DNA of 64,000 nt from an uncultured Chloroflexia bacterium (GTDB lineage Bacteria > Chloroflexota > Chloroflexia > QHBQ01 > JADMIH01): the NCBI GenBank assembly GCA_963797095.1, contig CAWCNY010000002.1:544001-608000 (forward strand), in the 5' to 3' direction. This document shows, one piece after another, positions 48,352-58,822 of the stretch (positions within the stretch are counted from its first letter, which is position 1; each line of letters starts with the position of its first letter). The notes below the pieces were generated by a model that worked only from the letters and a program-made list of their open reading frames with translations, did no database searches and was not told the origin of the DNA. A program made the translations under genes and the position numbers.

Positions 48352-49169
48352 TTAGTCAGATCTCTTCAATTCCTGCATTATGCTCTCCCGTTGCTTCTTG
48401 AACTGGTCTACTAAGGAGTAATCGCTCCTCTTGGTTGCTGCCCGTTCCAGTTTTCCAAGGACCTTAATCATTTCTCGTTTAGCTTCCAATTCCGTCAAAA
48501 TAGCCAAGCTCTGTTGATAAAGAGAACTCGCTTTATCGTGCTCATTCTCGATGTACGCTATGTCACCTAGACTACTCAAGGTACGGCTTATATCCAATTT
48601 GATCCCTAACTCCCTCGACAGTGCTAGGCTCTGCTCATACAAGGAACCTGCCTTTTGATAATCGCCTCGGGCGTAAGCTATGTCCCCTAGATTGCTCAAA
48701 GTGTAAGCAATACCCCAACTATCGCCCAGTTTTCTCCAATTGGCAAGACTTTCTTCAAAGTACGAGTTTGCCTTATCGTAGTCACCTTGAAGATAGGCGA
48801 TTTCTCCTAGATTATTTAGTGAATGAGCAACTCCTGACTTATCACCCAGCTCCCTTTTCAGTACAATACTTTCAGAATAATAAGATTGTGCTTGCTCGTA
48901 TTCATTCTGGGCCTGCGCCAGTTCGCCCAGATTAGTCAGAATTTGAGCGATCCCCAGCTCATTACCAATTTGCCTCCTTATGAGGAGACTCTGCTGAAGT
49001 AGAAGGTCGGCCTCCCGAAAGTCACCCTGGGCGGAAGCTATCAGACCTAAGTTTTGTAGTCCATACGCAATACCTGATTTCACTCCTAATTCGGTCGCTA
49101 TGGAAAGACTCTCTTGATAAAGCGAACGTGCTTCATTGTACTTCCCTTCTGTGGAGGCAAATAAGCCCG
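48352..49169 (-). pseudogene. TPR-repeat protein, 5'-truncated by IS256
   Basis: 40-aa TPR repeats; frame runs to the IS end; AT-richer than flanks. Confidence 0.8.
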
Positions 49170-50494
49170 GTTGGTGTATTATCTTTTCTGTAAATTGGGA
49201 AATGTGGACCGGCTGAGATAGACAGCAGGTCAGGGTGTATCCTTTGAGTTGCGAAACACCAAAAGGAGGGCACCCATGACCTACCAGCCAGATTATACGT
49301 TATCGCAGGAACTGTTGGAACGTCTCAACGAAGAAGGATTAGACGCTTTACCAGAGATGATTCGAATCGTCATTAACTCAGCTATGCAAGCTGAGCGGCT
49401 CAAATAGTTGGGTGTTGGTGCTCCTTACGAGCGCTCTGCGGAGCGGCAGGACCAGTCCAACGGTTACAAGCCAAAGACGCTCAAGACCAGAGTGGGTGAG
49501 ATTACCTTCTCTGTGCCCCAGGTGCGACAGGGCGACTTCTACCCTGGAGCCCTGGAGAAGGGACTGCGCTCGGAGCGTGCTCTCACACTGGCGTTGGCAG
49601 AGATGTACGTGCAAGGGGTCTCGACGCGCAGAGTGGCAGCCATCACCGAGAAGCTATGCGGTACCCAGGTATCCAGTGCTGCAGTGAGCCGAGCTGCCTC
49701 CCAGTTGGACGAGGTGCTGGAAGGGTGGCGCAACCGACCGCTGGGGGAGTGTCCCTACCTTATCCTGGATGCCCGTTATGAGAAGGTGAGGCAGGACGGG
49801 CAGGTGAGAGACGCTGCAGTGCTGATTGGTATTGGCATCACCCGTGCAGGGCGACGGCAACTGCTGGGAGTATCGGTATCTTTGAGCGAGTATGAGGTGC
49901 ATTGGCGCACCTTCCTGCAGAGCCTGGTATCGAGGGGGCTATCAGGAGTGAGGATGACAACATCCGACGCTCATGAGGGGCTGGGGGCAGCACGCAAGGC
50001 GGTATTCGGAGGAGTGCCCTGGCAGCGGTGCCAGTTTCATCTGCAGCAGAATGCCCAGGCTTATGTTCCCCGGCAGGAGATGAAAGCTGAGGTAGCCCAG
50101 GACATTAGAGCCATCTTCTCGGCATCATCATTGGAGCAGGCCAAACAGATGCTGGACAAAGCGGTTGCGAAGTATGAGAAGAGCGCTGCTCGCCTATCGC
50201 ACTGGCTGCAAAACAACATCTTGGAAGGGTTGACCGTCTTTGCCCTCCCACAATCACAGTGGCGATCCCTTCGCACCACCAACGGGCTGGAACGCATCAA
50301 CCAGGAGGTACGCCGGCGGACCAGAGTGGTGGGGATCTTCCCCAACGAGGCGAGTTGCCTGCGCTTGGTGACGGCAGTGCTGATGGAGATCAGCGACGAA
50401 TGGGAGACAGGCCGAGCTTACATGACTTTTGACTACTGATTGACCAATTTAGAGGAACACCCTGACCAATTTACAGAAAAAGGCTTGCATAATC
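49170..50494 (+). mobile_element. IS256-family element; no target duplication visible
   Basis: Imperfect TIRs sharing TTTTCTGTAAATTGG / CCAATTTACAGAAAA. Confidence 0.85.
49276..50439 (+). pseudogene. IS256 transposase with premature TAG (49405-49407)
   Basis: MYVQGVSTR, LDARYEKVR, SDAHEGL, WQRCQFH, RTTNGLERIN.E..RR. Confidence 0.9.
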
Positions 50495-51854
50495 TAGTGC
50501 GCTACTTCGCCCAGACCTTCCGCCACTGCTTCAGCAAGCCTCAATTCCAGTACTTTGTTACCGTACTGCTGGCTCTGCTGTTGTGCTTGGAAGCTCGCAC
50601 CCTGTGTGGGCTGCACCGTACTGTGTGCGGAGTACGCACTCGCGCTTACTGTGGTCTGAGCCGCTTCTTGAGCCGTGCTCCATGGGACCACTCGGCGCTG
50701 GTAGAGGCCTGGTGTGCTCGTTTCCGAGGACAACTGGCTCCCCAAGTAGCCGCCGAGCGTGCCCGCTTGCGTGCGCAGCGCCCACTCTATGGTGGTCGAG
50801 GGCGTCCTCCTGCTTGTGTAACCCGAGTGACCGGTTACTTGATTGGGGACGACTCCACCATGCATAAGCCCAAAGGCCGCAAGATGGCGGCAATAGGCCG
50901 CCACTTCTCCTCGACAGTGGGACACCCAGTGCAAGGGCACAGCATGTTGACCACCCTGTATGTGTTGTTGGGTCGGCGCTGTCCCCAGACGCCTGGTCTT
51001 TACCGCCAGCGAGAGGTCTGCATTCGAGAGGGTGTGCCCTTCAAGAGCAAGATCGACCTGATGGTGGAGCAGATCCAAAGCTTTGAGCCAGTGGGAGGGA
51101 CCAACACCCATGTGCTGGTGGACAGTTGGTTTGGGTGCAAGGAGGTGTGGAAGGCGGCAAGGAGGCGAGCCTTCCATATTACCAGTGGACTGAAGGCTAA
51201 CCGCTCGATCCGGGTAGCAGACCCTGCACAAGCTGCACAAGCTGCACATGGGTGGCGCTGGCAGACGTTGCCGGAGTACGCAGCGGGCTTGACTGAAGCG
51301 GATTACAAGGTGGTACGCTGGCCCAGGGACGAACTCGGCTCCGGCTCCGAAGGAGAGAAAGAATGCAAGAAGGGCACTGTGTACGCACATGCGATCACCA
51401 CCAGAGTGCGCAAGCTGTACAAGTGCCAGGTGCTGGTGGTGCGGCAGAGCCTTTGTGCCCCTCTCTCTCAGGCGAGGTATTGGCTCAGGCGAGGTATTGG
51501 GCGTCGAGTGACTTGGAGGCAAGCGTGGAGCAGTTGGTGGGGCACGTAGCAGCACGCTGGGACATCGAGGTGCTGTTCGCCGACTGCAGGGAGTTGCTGG
51601 GGCTGGACCAGTACCAACTGATGAGCGCCACAGCAATCGAGCGGTTCTGGACGTTGGTGTTGGCGGCGTACACCCTTCTGGATGAGCAGCGTGCCAGTTT
51701 GCAGGCCAGCACGAGCGAGCACGTTCGTGTGACCATAGGGGATGCGCGCAGAGAAATGCAGCGAGTGCATCGGCGGCACTTGCTGGATTGGCTGCATAAG
51801 CAGTTTGTGGCGGGTGTTCCTCAGGAGCATTTGTATGACCTATTCGCCGCTTAA
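50495..51854 (+). pseudogene. IS701/IS4-like DDE transposase, 5'-truncated by IS256 and frameshifted by a 17-bp duplication
   Basis: IGDDST, LVDSWF, RWDIEVLF.D..ELLGL; CTCAGGCGAGGTATTGG x2 at 51467-51500. Confidence 0.85.
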
Positions 51855-52171
51855 GTGGCCGAATCTAAAATCTGCAAAGATAGAGAAGTATATCGTAAGA
51901 TTGGGCCAACTAAAATGGGCTGGCACAAGATCCGTCCTTCCGAGGTTAATGCGACAGCATTGAGCCTCATTCCCATCACACAAATACGAGTATCTTATCA
52001 GGTATAGTAGGCCGCATAGGACAATTATCCGTCTGTCATAAGACTTCTTGACTATAGGATTTGGGTTCGCGGTAGCATACTATACTAATAAGCTACGGCG
52101 GGCGTAGTTGCATATGCGCGTTCTCGCTTGCCGAGGCTTGCTTGAGGAAGGCTTCAGCACAGGAGGATGAC

Positions 52172-53545
52172 ATGCGCCGCAATCCCTTTATCCCTCTCGT
52201 AATTATAGGACTCATAATCACCGTTGCTTTTGCCATTAGCCAGCGGAATGTTACGTCCAGCCCGGAAGATGCCTCAAGCACGAAGGCGGCTGTTCAGTCG
52301 CTATCGACAGATGTGCCCGCAGACGTAGCAGATATGCCCGTAGAGGCGCAGCCTACGCCTACCGAAGGCCCAACCGCAGAGCCGACGGCCACGCGCCAGC
52401 CCATCCCCCCGGAGCTACAGGCTCAGATCGACCGGATCGAGGCCGAAGCCTCGAATTTGCGGGGCTTGCGCCCGTTGGAAGATGTACCGGAAATCTTCAT
52501 GACTCGCCAGCAGTTCCGCGACTATTTCAAGCAGGAGATGATGGGCGATGTGTCGGAGGAGGAATCCCGCGAGTATTTGCAGGAGCTTTGGCTTCTGCGC
52601 CTGGTTGATAGCCCTTCGATCGATTTTTACGATGTTAGCACCGATATCTACAGTGACAATATCCTGGGCTTCTACGACCATCGCTCAAAGGAGCTTTTCG
52701 TAATCACGGATAAGCTGACCCTCGCCCCGGAGGCGCAGGTCACGTTGGCTCACGAGTTTGTGCACAGCCTTCAGGACCAGCATTACAAGCTCAAGAAGAT
52801 TTGGCCAACCGAATCGACCGACTGGGACCGCAGTATGGCCGCGCGCTCGCTGGTAGAGGGAGACGCCACTCTCTCAGGATATGCCTGGGCGGCATCGTAT
52901 ATGAGCGGGAGGGATTTCAGGAGTTTGTTCGATACCAGGGAGTTGTCGCCCGCAGTGGAGAACAAGACTCCGCCTTACCTGGGACTTAGCACAATATTCC
53001 CCTATGCGGCGGGCACGGCATTCGTGTCGCAGATTATGCAGGTCGGGTATTTTTCGACGGTGAACCTGTCGCTGCAAGACCCACCTCGTTCGACGGAGCA
53101 GATCATGCACCCGGAGAAGTTCCTCCAGACGCCCATCGACCAGCCGAAGGCGGTTACTCTGCCCGACCTGATGCCTGCGCTCGGCACGCCGTGGGAGCTT
53201 AAGGAGAGCAACACGCTGGGCGAATTCGAGTTCAATACGATGCTGCGCTTGAACGGAGCCAGCGACCCCGACCGGGGTGCGGATGGCTGGGGAGGCGCGA
53301 AGTTTGAGTATTACAAGCTTGAGCAGGAGGGGTTGGTGTACGCGGGCACGGTGTGGGACACCGAAACCGACGCGCAGGAGTTTGAGGGAGCGATGCAGGA
53401 GTTGTTCGCCAGGATGACGAAGGACGGCGAGTTCTGGACCGACCCGGCGCGCACCTTCTGGATGAAGCGTGATGGGAAGAAGGTTATTTTTGTGGCGTCC
53501 ACTAACAGACCCGCGCTTGAGCGGGTGGTGGCGGGCTTGAAGTAG
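52172..53545 (+). CDS. Membrane-anchored putative zinc metallopeptidase-like protein
   Basis: N-terminal TM; LAHEFVHSLQDQH, EGDA, PP.STEQI.HP, GWGG. Confidence 0.7.
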   Translation: MRRNPFIPLVIIGLIITVAFAISQRNVTSSPEDASSTKAAVQSLSTDVPADVADMPVEAQPTPTEGPTAEPTATRQPIPPELQAQIDRIEAEASNLRGLRPLEDVPEIFMTRQQFRDYFKQEMMGDVSEEESREYLQELWLLRLVDSPSIDFYDVSTDIYSDNILGFYDHRSKELFVITDKLTLAPEAQVTLAHEFVHSLQDQHYKLKKIWPTESTDWDRSMAARSLVEGDATLSGYAWAASYMSGRDFRSLFDTRELSPAVENKTPPYLGLSTIFPYAAGTAFVSQIMQVGYFSTVNLSLQDPPRSTEQIMHPEKFLQTPIDQPKAVTLPDLMPALGTPWELKESNTLGEFEFNTMLRLNGASDPDRGADGWGGAKFEYYKLEQEGLVYAGTVWDTETDAQEFEGAMQELFARMTKDGEFWTDPARTFWMKRDGKKVIFVASTNRPALERVVAGLK

Positions 53546-53688
53546 CCCCAACTACTTCTGTGGAGAGCCAGGGAACATGCCTGGAACCAGTGCAGGCGGA
53601 ACTGCCTGCCCCCCGTTTTCGCGAGTCGTGATATAATGGCTGTGACCTAACTGTACGCCCATGCGTAGATCCAGATAGGAGGATTGTT

Positions 53689-55125
53689 ATGGGCAAAGTG
53701 TCACGATTCGTTGCGTTGCTGCGGGCCACTTATTTAGGCTCGTTCGTGTTGGGGCTTGTGATGCTCCTGATTGGCGGCTTGCTAGCGCCATCTGTAAAGG
53801 CTGCACGAACAGCGCAAAGCCCAGGCTTCGTGTATGTAGCGCGTTTCGACCTTGCCATTACCCCGGTAAGCGCCGAATACTACGACCGCGCCATTTCGAC
53901 CGCCGAGCGCGATGGGGCCACTGCTCTTGTCGTAGAGCTTGATACGCCGGGCGGCCTTGTCGACTCGATGCAGACGATGGTGCAGCGCACCCTCGCAAGC
54001 AGTGTGCCTGTGATTGTGTACGTATCGCCTCAGGGAGCTATGTCGGCGTCGGCGGGGATATTTATCGTGTATGCTTCGCACGTGGCGGCGATGGCTCCCA
54101 ATACCACCATTGGCTCGGCTGAGGTGATCCTGAACGCAGGCGACGACACCGGTAGCGCCACGCCCGAAAGCGGCGATGCGGCTGCCGAGCGGCGCAAGGT
54201 GACCAACCTCCTCATATCGCAGATCACCAACCTGGCGGAGCAACGGGGCCGGGACGTCGATTTTGGCGTGAAAGCGGTCACCGAGAGCGAGAACATAGGC
54301 GCGACAGCGGCCTTGCAGCAGAAGGTGGTCGATATAGTGGCTACCAACGTGGATGACGTGCTGGCTCAGGCCGACGGTCGTGTGGTGAAGGTGGGGAACG
54401 ATAACGAGGACGTGACGCTCCATACAAAGGGGGCCGCGCTCCGAAGCCTTGAGCCTACATTGGGCGAAAACCTCCTGCTGCTGATCACCGATCCGAACGT
54501 GGCGTTCCTCCTTATCAGTATAGGCACGCTTGGCGTTACCTGGGAATTTATCAACCCAGGCTCAGTGTTCCCCGGCGTGGTCGGCGCTATCTGCCTCCTG
54601 ATCGGCTTCCTGGGGCTTGGCACGCTGCCGATCAACTGGTCGGGGGCGGTGTTCTTGGTGCTGGCGTTCGTGCTGTTCATCGCTGATGTGTTCATGACCT
54701 CGCACGGCATATTGACGGCGGGGGGTATCGCCTCGCTGATCCTCGGTGGCCTGCTCCTGATCAATACATCTGATTCGCCTGGGCTGCCTTCGGTTTCGCC
54801 CTCTGTCGTGCTCGGCACGGCTGCCGGCTTGGGTGGATTCTTCTTCTTCGCCGTGTACAAAGTGTTGCAGGCGCGTCGATACCGCCCCACTACGGGTAGG
54901 GAGGGTTTGGTGGGACGCACAGCCATCACCCGCAGCGACCTTTCGCCCGATGGTATGGTGTTTGTAGAGGGAGAATTGTGGCACGCCACCAGCGACAACG
55001 GCGCGATCCCCTCCGGCCAGCGGGTGCGGGTGGTAGCGACGAATGGCCTGCGGCTTCGGGTGCGGCCCGAAACCGCCCCTCAACCTGAGGCCGAACCTGC
55101 CGGGCTTGATACTCATAAACTGTAG
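53689..55125 (+). CDS. nfeD: NfeD family membrane-bound ClpP-class protease
   Basis: LDTPGG, SASAG, AMAP.T.IG, TM block, C-terminal OB fold GELW.A. Confidence 0.9.
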   Translation: MGKVSRFVALLRATYLGSFVLGLVMLLIGGLLAPSVKAARTAQSPGFVYVARFDLAITPVSAEYYDRAISTAERDGATALVVELDTPGGLVDSMQTMVQRTLASSVPVIVYVSPQGAMSASAGIFIVYASHVAAMAPNTTIGSAEVILNAGDDTGSATPESGDAAAERRKVTNLLISQITNLAEQRGRDVDFGVKAVTESENIGATAALQQKVVDIVATNVDDVLAQADGRVVKVGNDNEDVTLHTKGAALRSLEPTLGENLLLLITDPNVAFLLISIGTLGVTWEFINPGSVFPGVVGAICLLIGFLGLGTLPINWSGAVFLVLAFVLFIADVFMTSHGILTAGGIASLILGGLLLINTSDSPGLPSVSPSVVLGTAAGLGGFFFFAVYKVLQARRYRPTTGREGLVGRTAITRSDLSPDGMVFVEGELWHATSDNGAIPSGQRVRVVATNGLRLRVRPETAPQPEAEPAGLDTHKL

Positions 55126-55221
55126 GGTGGCTTCGGGCCTACTCCTACATTCACTTTCGTTCTGCTTTCTTTCTCTGTGACCTGTGTTTTGTGGTTCAAT
55201 TCCAAAGGAGGAAACCGATAA

Positions 55222-56241
55222 ATGGATGCCTTTTTAGGTCTATTAGCGTTCCTGGTGCCGTTCCTGGTGGTGCTGTTCAGTATTGCAGGCTCAGCCGTCA
55301 AGGTGGTGCAGGAGTACGAGCGCGGCGTTATCTTCCGGCTCGGGCGGTTGGTGGGGGCGCGCGGTCCCGGCCTCTTCCTCATAATCCCGTTCGTGGACCG
55401 CATGGTGAAGGTTGACCTGCGTGTGGTCACGCTCGATGTGCCCGCCCAGGAAGTGATTACCCGCGACAACGTAACGGTAAGGGTGAACGCGGTGCTCTAT
55501 TTCCGGGTGTTCGACCCGGAGAAGGCGGTGGTGGCCGTCACCGATTATGTGCGTGCCACGCACCAGATCGCGCAAACCACCCTGCGGAGCGTGCTTGGTC
55601 AATCGGACCTGGACGAACTCCTCTCTCAGCGGGAGGAGATCAACCTGCGCCTGCAACAGATCATCGACGAGCAGACCGAGCCGTGGGGCATCAAGGTCGG
55701 CATCGTGGAAGTGAAGGACGTGGAACTGCCCCAGAGTATGCAGAGGGCTATGGCCCGGCAGGCAGAGGCCGAACGCGAGAAGCGCGCCAAGATCATCCAC
55801 GCCTCAGGCGAGTTTGAGGCTTCCAAGATGCTTACCGCGGCCGCGAAGGTGATCGGCTCGGAGCCTGCAACTATCCAACTGCGCTATCTGCAAACCCTCA
55901 CCGAGATCGCTTCAGAGCGCAACTCTACGATTATCTTCCCTGTGCCAATCGAACTGTTGAGCATGATCCCGCATATCATGGGCGGATCGCACAACGGATC
56001 GGGCGACGGGATCGAAGACCTTACACCCCCCGCCGGTGCGGATACACTTCCCACGGCGGCTGCTCCCGGTAGCCTGCCTGAGCCGGTGGCTGGCTCGGAG
56101 GCGGAAGCTGAGATGGCGCGCCCTCGCGCCAGCACGCTCCACGAACTGAATGAAGAAGGGGTGGCTAAGCAACAGAGGGAGGCGCATGCTCGCTTTATAG
56201 AGGGCGATAACGCCGCTCCGCCCGCGAAGGACAAGAGTTAA
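55222..56241 (+). CDS. Slipin / SPFH (stomatin-like) protein
   Basis: [41 protein letters not shown]. Confidence 0.95.
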   Translation: MDAFLGLLAFLVPFLVVLFSIAGSAVKVVQEYERGVIFRLGRLVGARGPGLFLIIPFVDRMVKVDLRVVTLDVPAQEVITRDNVTVRVNAVLYFRVFDPEKAVVAVTDYVRATHQIAQTTLRSVLGQSDLDELLSQREEINLRLQQIIDEQTEPWGIKVGIVEVKDVELPQSMQRAMARQAEAEREKRAKIIHASGEFEASKMLTAAAKVIGSEPATIQLRYLQTLTEIASERNSTIIFPVPIELLSMIPHIMGGSHNGSGDGIEDLTPPAGADTLPTAAAPGSLPEPVAGSEAEAEMARPRASTLHELNEEGVAKQQREAHARFIEGDNAAPPAKDKS

Positions 56242-56269
56242 CGAATCATAATCGTGTTGGCAGTCAAAG

Positions 56270-56293
56270 GGGGCGGGCACCTGTGCCCGCCCC
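56270..56293 (+). terminator. GC-rich hairpin after slipin
   Basis: GGGGCGGGCAC-CT-GTGCCCGCCCC. Confidence 0.55.
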
Positions 56294-56633
56294 CACGTTA
56301 CGCTCCCATTTTGGAGGGATGCGATGGCCGTGGCCGCTGCGGTGGGTGAGATCGTCTATATTTGCCCATTGAAGGACTCTGTGCGTCTGGGATTCTCTTA
56401 CGGCGGCATCTTGCCCGACCGGGATAGTATACCGGTGGGTGAGGGGAAGCGATTGAGAATCTGGTTAAGACTGCGTGGGTGGAGGCGATAGAGCGGGCGA
56501 AAAAGCCTTGATGCTTGACTATGACCTCAATAGGACTGATTACCCATTGACCCTGTAATGATTGTCCGCCTAGAATCGTTCTAAGATACGTCTCCCTATG
56601 TTTCCCCCTGCCCGTTCTTCAAGGGGTATTGCT

Positions 56634-58406
56634 ATGTCCAGAATGGTCCGTTTCCGCTACCTCCTGGGTGCGATCTTCGTCCTCTTTGCAGCCGTTATTT
56701 GCGCCACCACTATTGCCGCACCCAATCAAGGCTCGTCCGGCGATAAGCAACCTACATCGGCGACACCTGCCGGTTGCGACGATGTCTTTATAGATGTTTG
56801 CCCCGGCGCGTGGTTCTACGATCCTGTAATGAGCCTGAACGACATGGGCGCGGTGAATGGCTACTCGGATGGCACGTTCCGACCTGGGAACCTCATTACT
56901 CGCGGGCAGGTCATGAAGGTGATCGTGCTCGCTCTGGGTCTCGATTCTTATTTGCCCGATGGATATACATTTGCAGATGTGCGTCCCAATAGCACCTTCT
57001 ATTCCTTTGTAGAGGTGGGTTACGCCAACAATCTGGCTTCGGGTTATCCGTGCGGCGGCTCCGAACCGTGCGATTCGCACAATCGCCCGTATTTCCGGCC
57101 CGGTAGCAACGTGAGCCGGGCGCAACTGGCTAAGATGATCACGATAGCCGCCGGGTGGCAACCCCTCAACTCGACGTCTCCCACGTTTAGAGATGTGCCT
57201 GCCGGCAGCACCTTTTATGGCTACGTTGAGAGGGCAGCCGCCGAGGGCGCTATTGACGGCTATGATTGCGGAGGGATAGGAGAGCCTTGCCCCGGCCGCT
57301 ACTTCCGACCCAACGGCACTGCTACCCGCGCCCAGGCTTCCAAGATGGTAGATACTGCCCGCCGCAGGCACGCTACGCCAACACCCACCCGCACGGCACT
57401 GCCAACGCAGACCCCAGGCGGCCCAACCGCCACGCCCATGCCGAGCAACACCCGAACGCGCACGCCCACAAGGACGCCTACGCGCACGCCCACCCGAACC
57501 AATACGCCCACGGCGGCACCTACATCGCCGGGTGGTGGGCCTTGCCAGGTGTTCCCGGCGAACAACATCTGGAACCGCAATATATCGGCATTACCCACGC
57601 TCACTATGTCGAACGCCTATATGAACAGCATCGGGCTTGATGACAATGTGCACGCAGACTTCGGCTCAGGGCTGTGGGATGGCGGTCCTATAGGCATACC
57701 CTATGTATTTGTGCCAGGCTCGCAGCCTTTCGTGCCGATCCACTTCACCGAGTACGGCAACCAGAGCGATGCCGGACCTTACCCTGTGCCCACAAACGCC
57801 CCGGTAGAGGGCGGGCCGGACAGCGATGGCGACCGCCATGTGCTTGTGATCGACCAGGGAAATTGCACCCTGTACGAGATGTTCAGCTCGTACCCGAACA
57901 GCGATGGGTCGTGGGATGCCGGTAGCGGCGCTGTGTTCGATTTGAACTCGAACGCGCTCAGGCACGCGGGGTGGACATCCGCCGATGCGGCTGGGATGCC
58001 GATCTATCCGGGGCTTGTGACGTATGACGAGGTTGCAAGCGGGGTGATCAGGCACGCCATACGCTTCACCGTGCCTGATACGCAGATGGCCTATATATGG
58101 CCCGCCCGCCACTTCGCGAGTGACGACGACAATCCCAACTTGCCGCCGATGGGCCTCCGCGTGCGCCTTAAGGCCAGCTACGATATCAGCCACTTCGCCC
58201 CGCAGATCCGCGTGATACTTCAAGCGATGAAGGATTACGGGATGTTTGTCACCGACAACGGATCGCCCTGGTACATCAGCGGCGCGCCTGACGAACGCTG
58301 GGACAACGACCTGTTGCACACGATGGATGTCATTACAGGGCGGGACTTCGAGGCGGTGGACGAATTGAGCCTGATGATAGACCCCAATTCGGGCGAGAGC
58401 AGATAG
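56634..58406 (+). CDS. S-layer homology (SLH) domain protein with Thr/Pro linker and conserved C-terminal domain of unknown function
   Basis: Three F.DV...GY...FRP...TR.Q repeats; FP.NN.WN, GDRH, SADAAG, PPMG.R.RL, DNG. Confidence 0.85.
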   Translation: MSRMVRFRYLLGAIFVLFAAVICATTIAAPNQGSSGDKQPTSATPAGCDDVFIDVCPGAWFYDPVMSLNDMGAVNGYSDGTFRPGNLITRGQVMKVIVLALGLDSYLPDGYTFADVRPNSTFYSFVEVGYANNLASGYPCGGSEPCDSHNRPYFRPGSNVSRAQLAKMITIAAGWQPLNSTSPTFRDVPAGSTFYGYVERAAAEGAIDGYDCGGIGEPCPGRYFRPNGTATRAQASKMVDTARRRHATPTPTRTALPTQTPGGPTATPMPSNTRTRTPTRTPTRTPTRTNTPTAAPTSPGGGPCQVFPANNIWNRNISALPTLTMSNAYMNSIGLDDNVHADFGSGLWDGGPIGIPYVFVPGSQPFVPIHFTEYGNQSDAGPYPVPTNAPVEGGPDSDGDRHVLVIDQGNCTLYEMFSSYPNSDGSWDAGSGAVFDLNSNALRHAGWTSADAAGMPIYPGLVTYDEVASGVIRHAIRFTVPDTQMAYIWPARHFASDDDNPNLPPMGLRVRLKASYDISHFAPQIRVILQAMKDYGMFVTDNGSPWYISGAPDERWDNDLLHTMDVITGRDFEAVDELSLMIDPNSGESR

Positions 58407-58546
58407 GGCCAGAGTCCGAAGTTCACACCCTCAATATCGTACACGCCTCTTCCCGGATTTCTGATGCAAATTCTCAGGCGCACAATCTGGTTCTAAATAT
58501 GAGTCATCCCCAAATTCAGATTCAGCTTCGCGGGCGTGCAATCTGG

Positions 58547-58599
58547 TTCTAAAAAGAGCAAAATTGGCGGCTTTGCCGCCAATTTTGCTCTTTTTAGAA
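58547..58599. repeat. Perfect 25-bp-arm inverted repeat sharing its core with 724-774
   Basis: TTCTAAAAAGAGCAAAATTGGCGGC-TTT-GCCGCCAATTTTGCTCTTTTTAGAA. Confidence 0.85.
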
Positions 58600-58822
58600 G
58601 GCCCCTCCCCGAGATCTTGGGGAGGGGGTGGGGTGGGGTCTTTGGTCGTTCCCAATCTGTTTTACGCACGAATTTAAAATTCGGGATGGCCCATGTTTTC
58701 GTTTGTCCAATTCAAAGATTGTCCTCGGAGGGAGGTCACGAGCGGCATCTTGATCTATAATTGGCGCAGGATAGCAAAGACGGATAGCCCACCACTCAGC
58801 GGATGAAAGGACGGTATGCGCT

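Noticed and set aside
49405-49407. In-frame TAG in IS256 transposase as pyrrolysine or read-through
   Set aside because: Context fits a Tyr codon mutated to TAG; TAG is a normal stop elsewhere in the window
50440-50494. TTG start of the 369-aa ORF
   Set aside because: The first ~18 codons are the IS256 right end, not part of the second transposase
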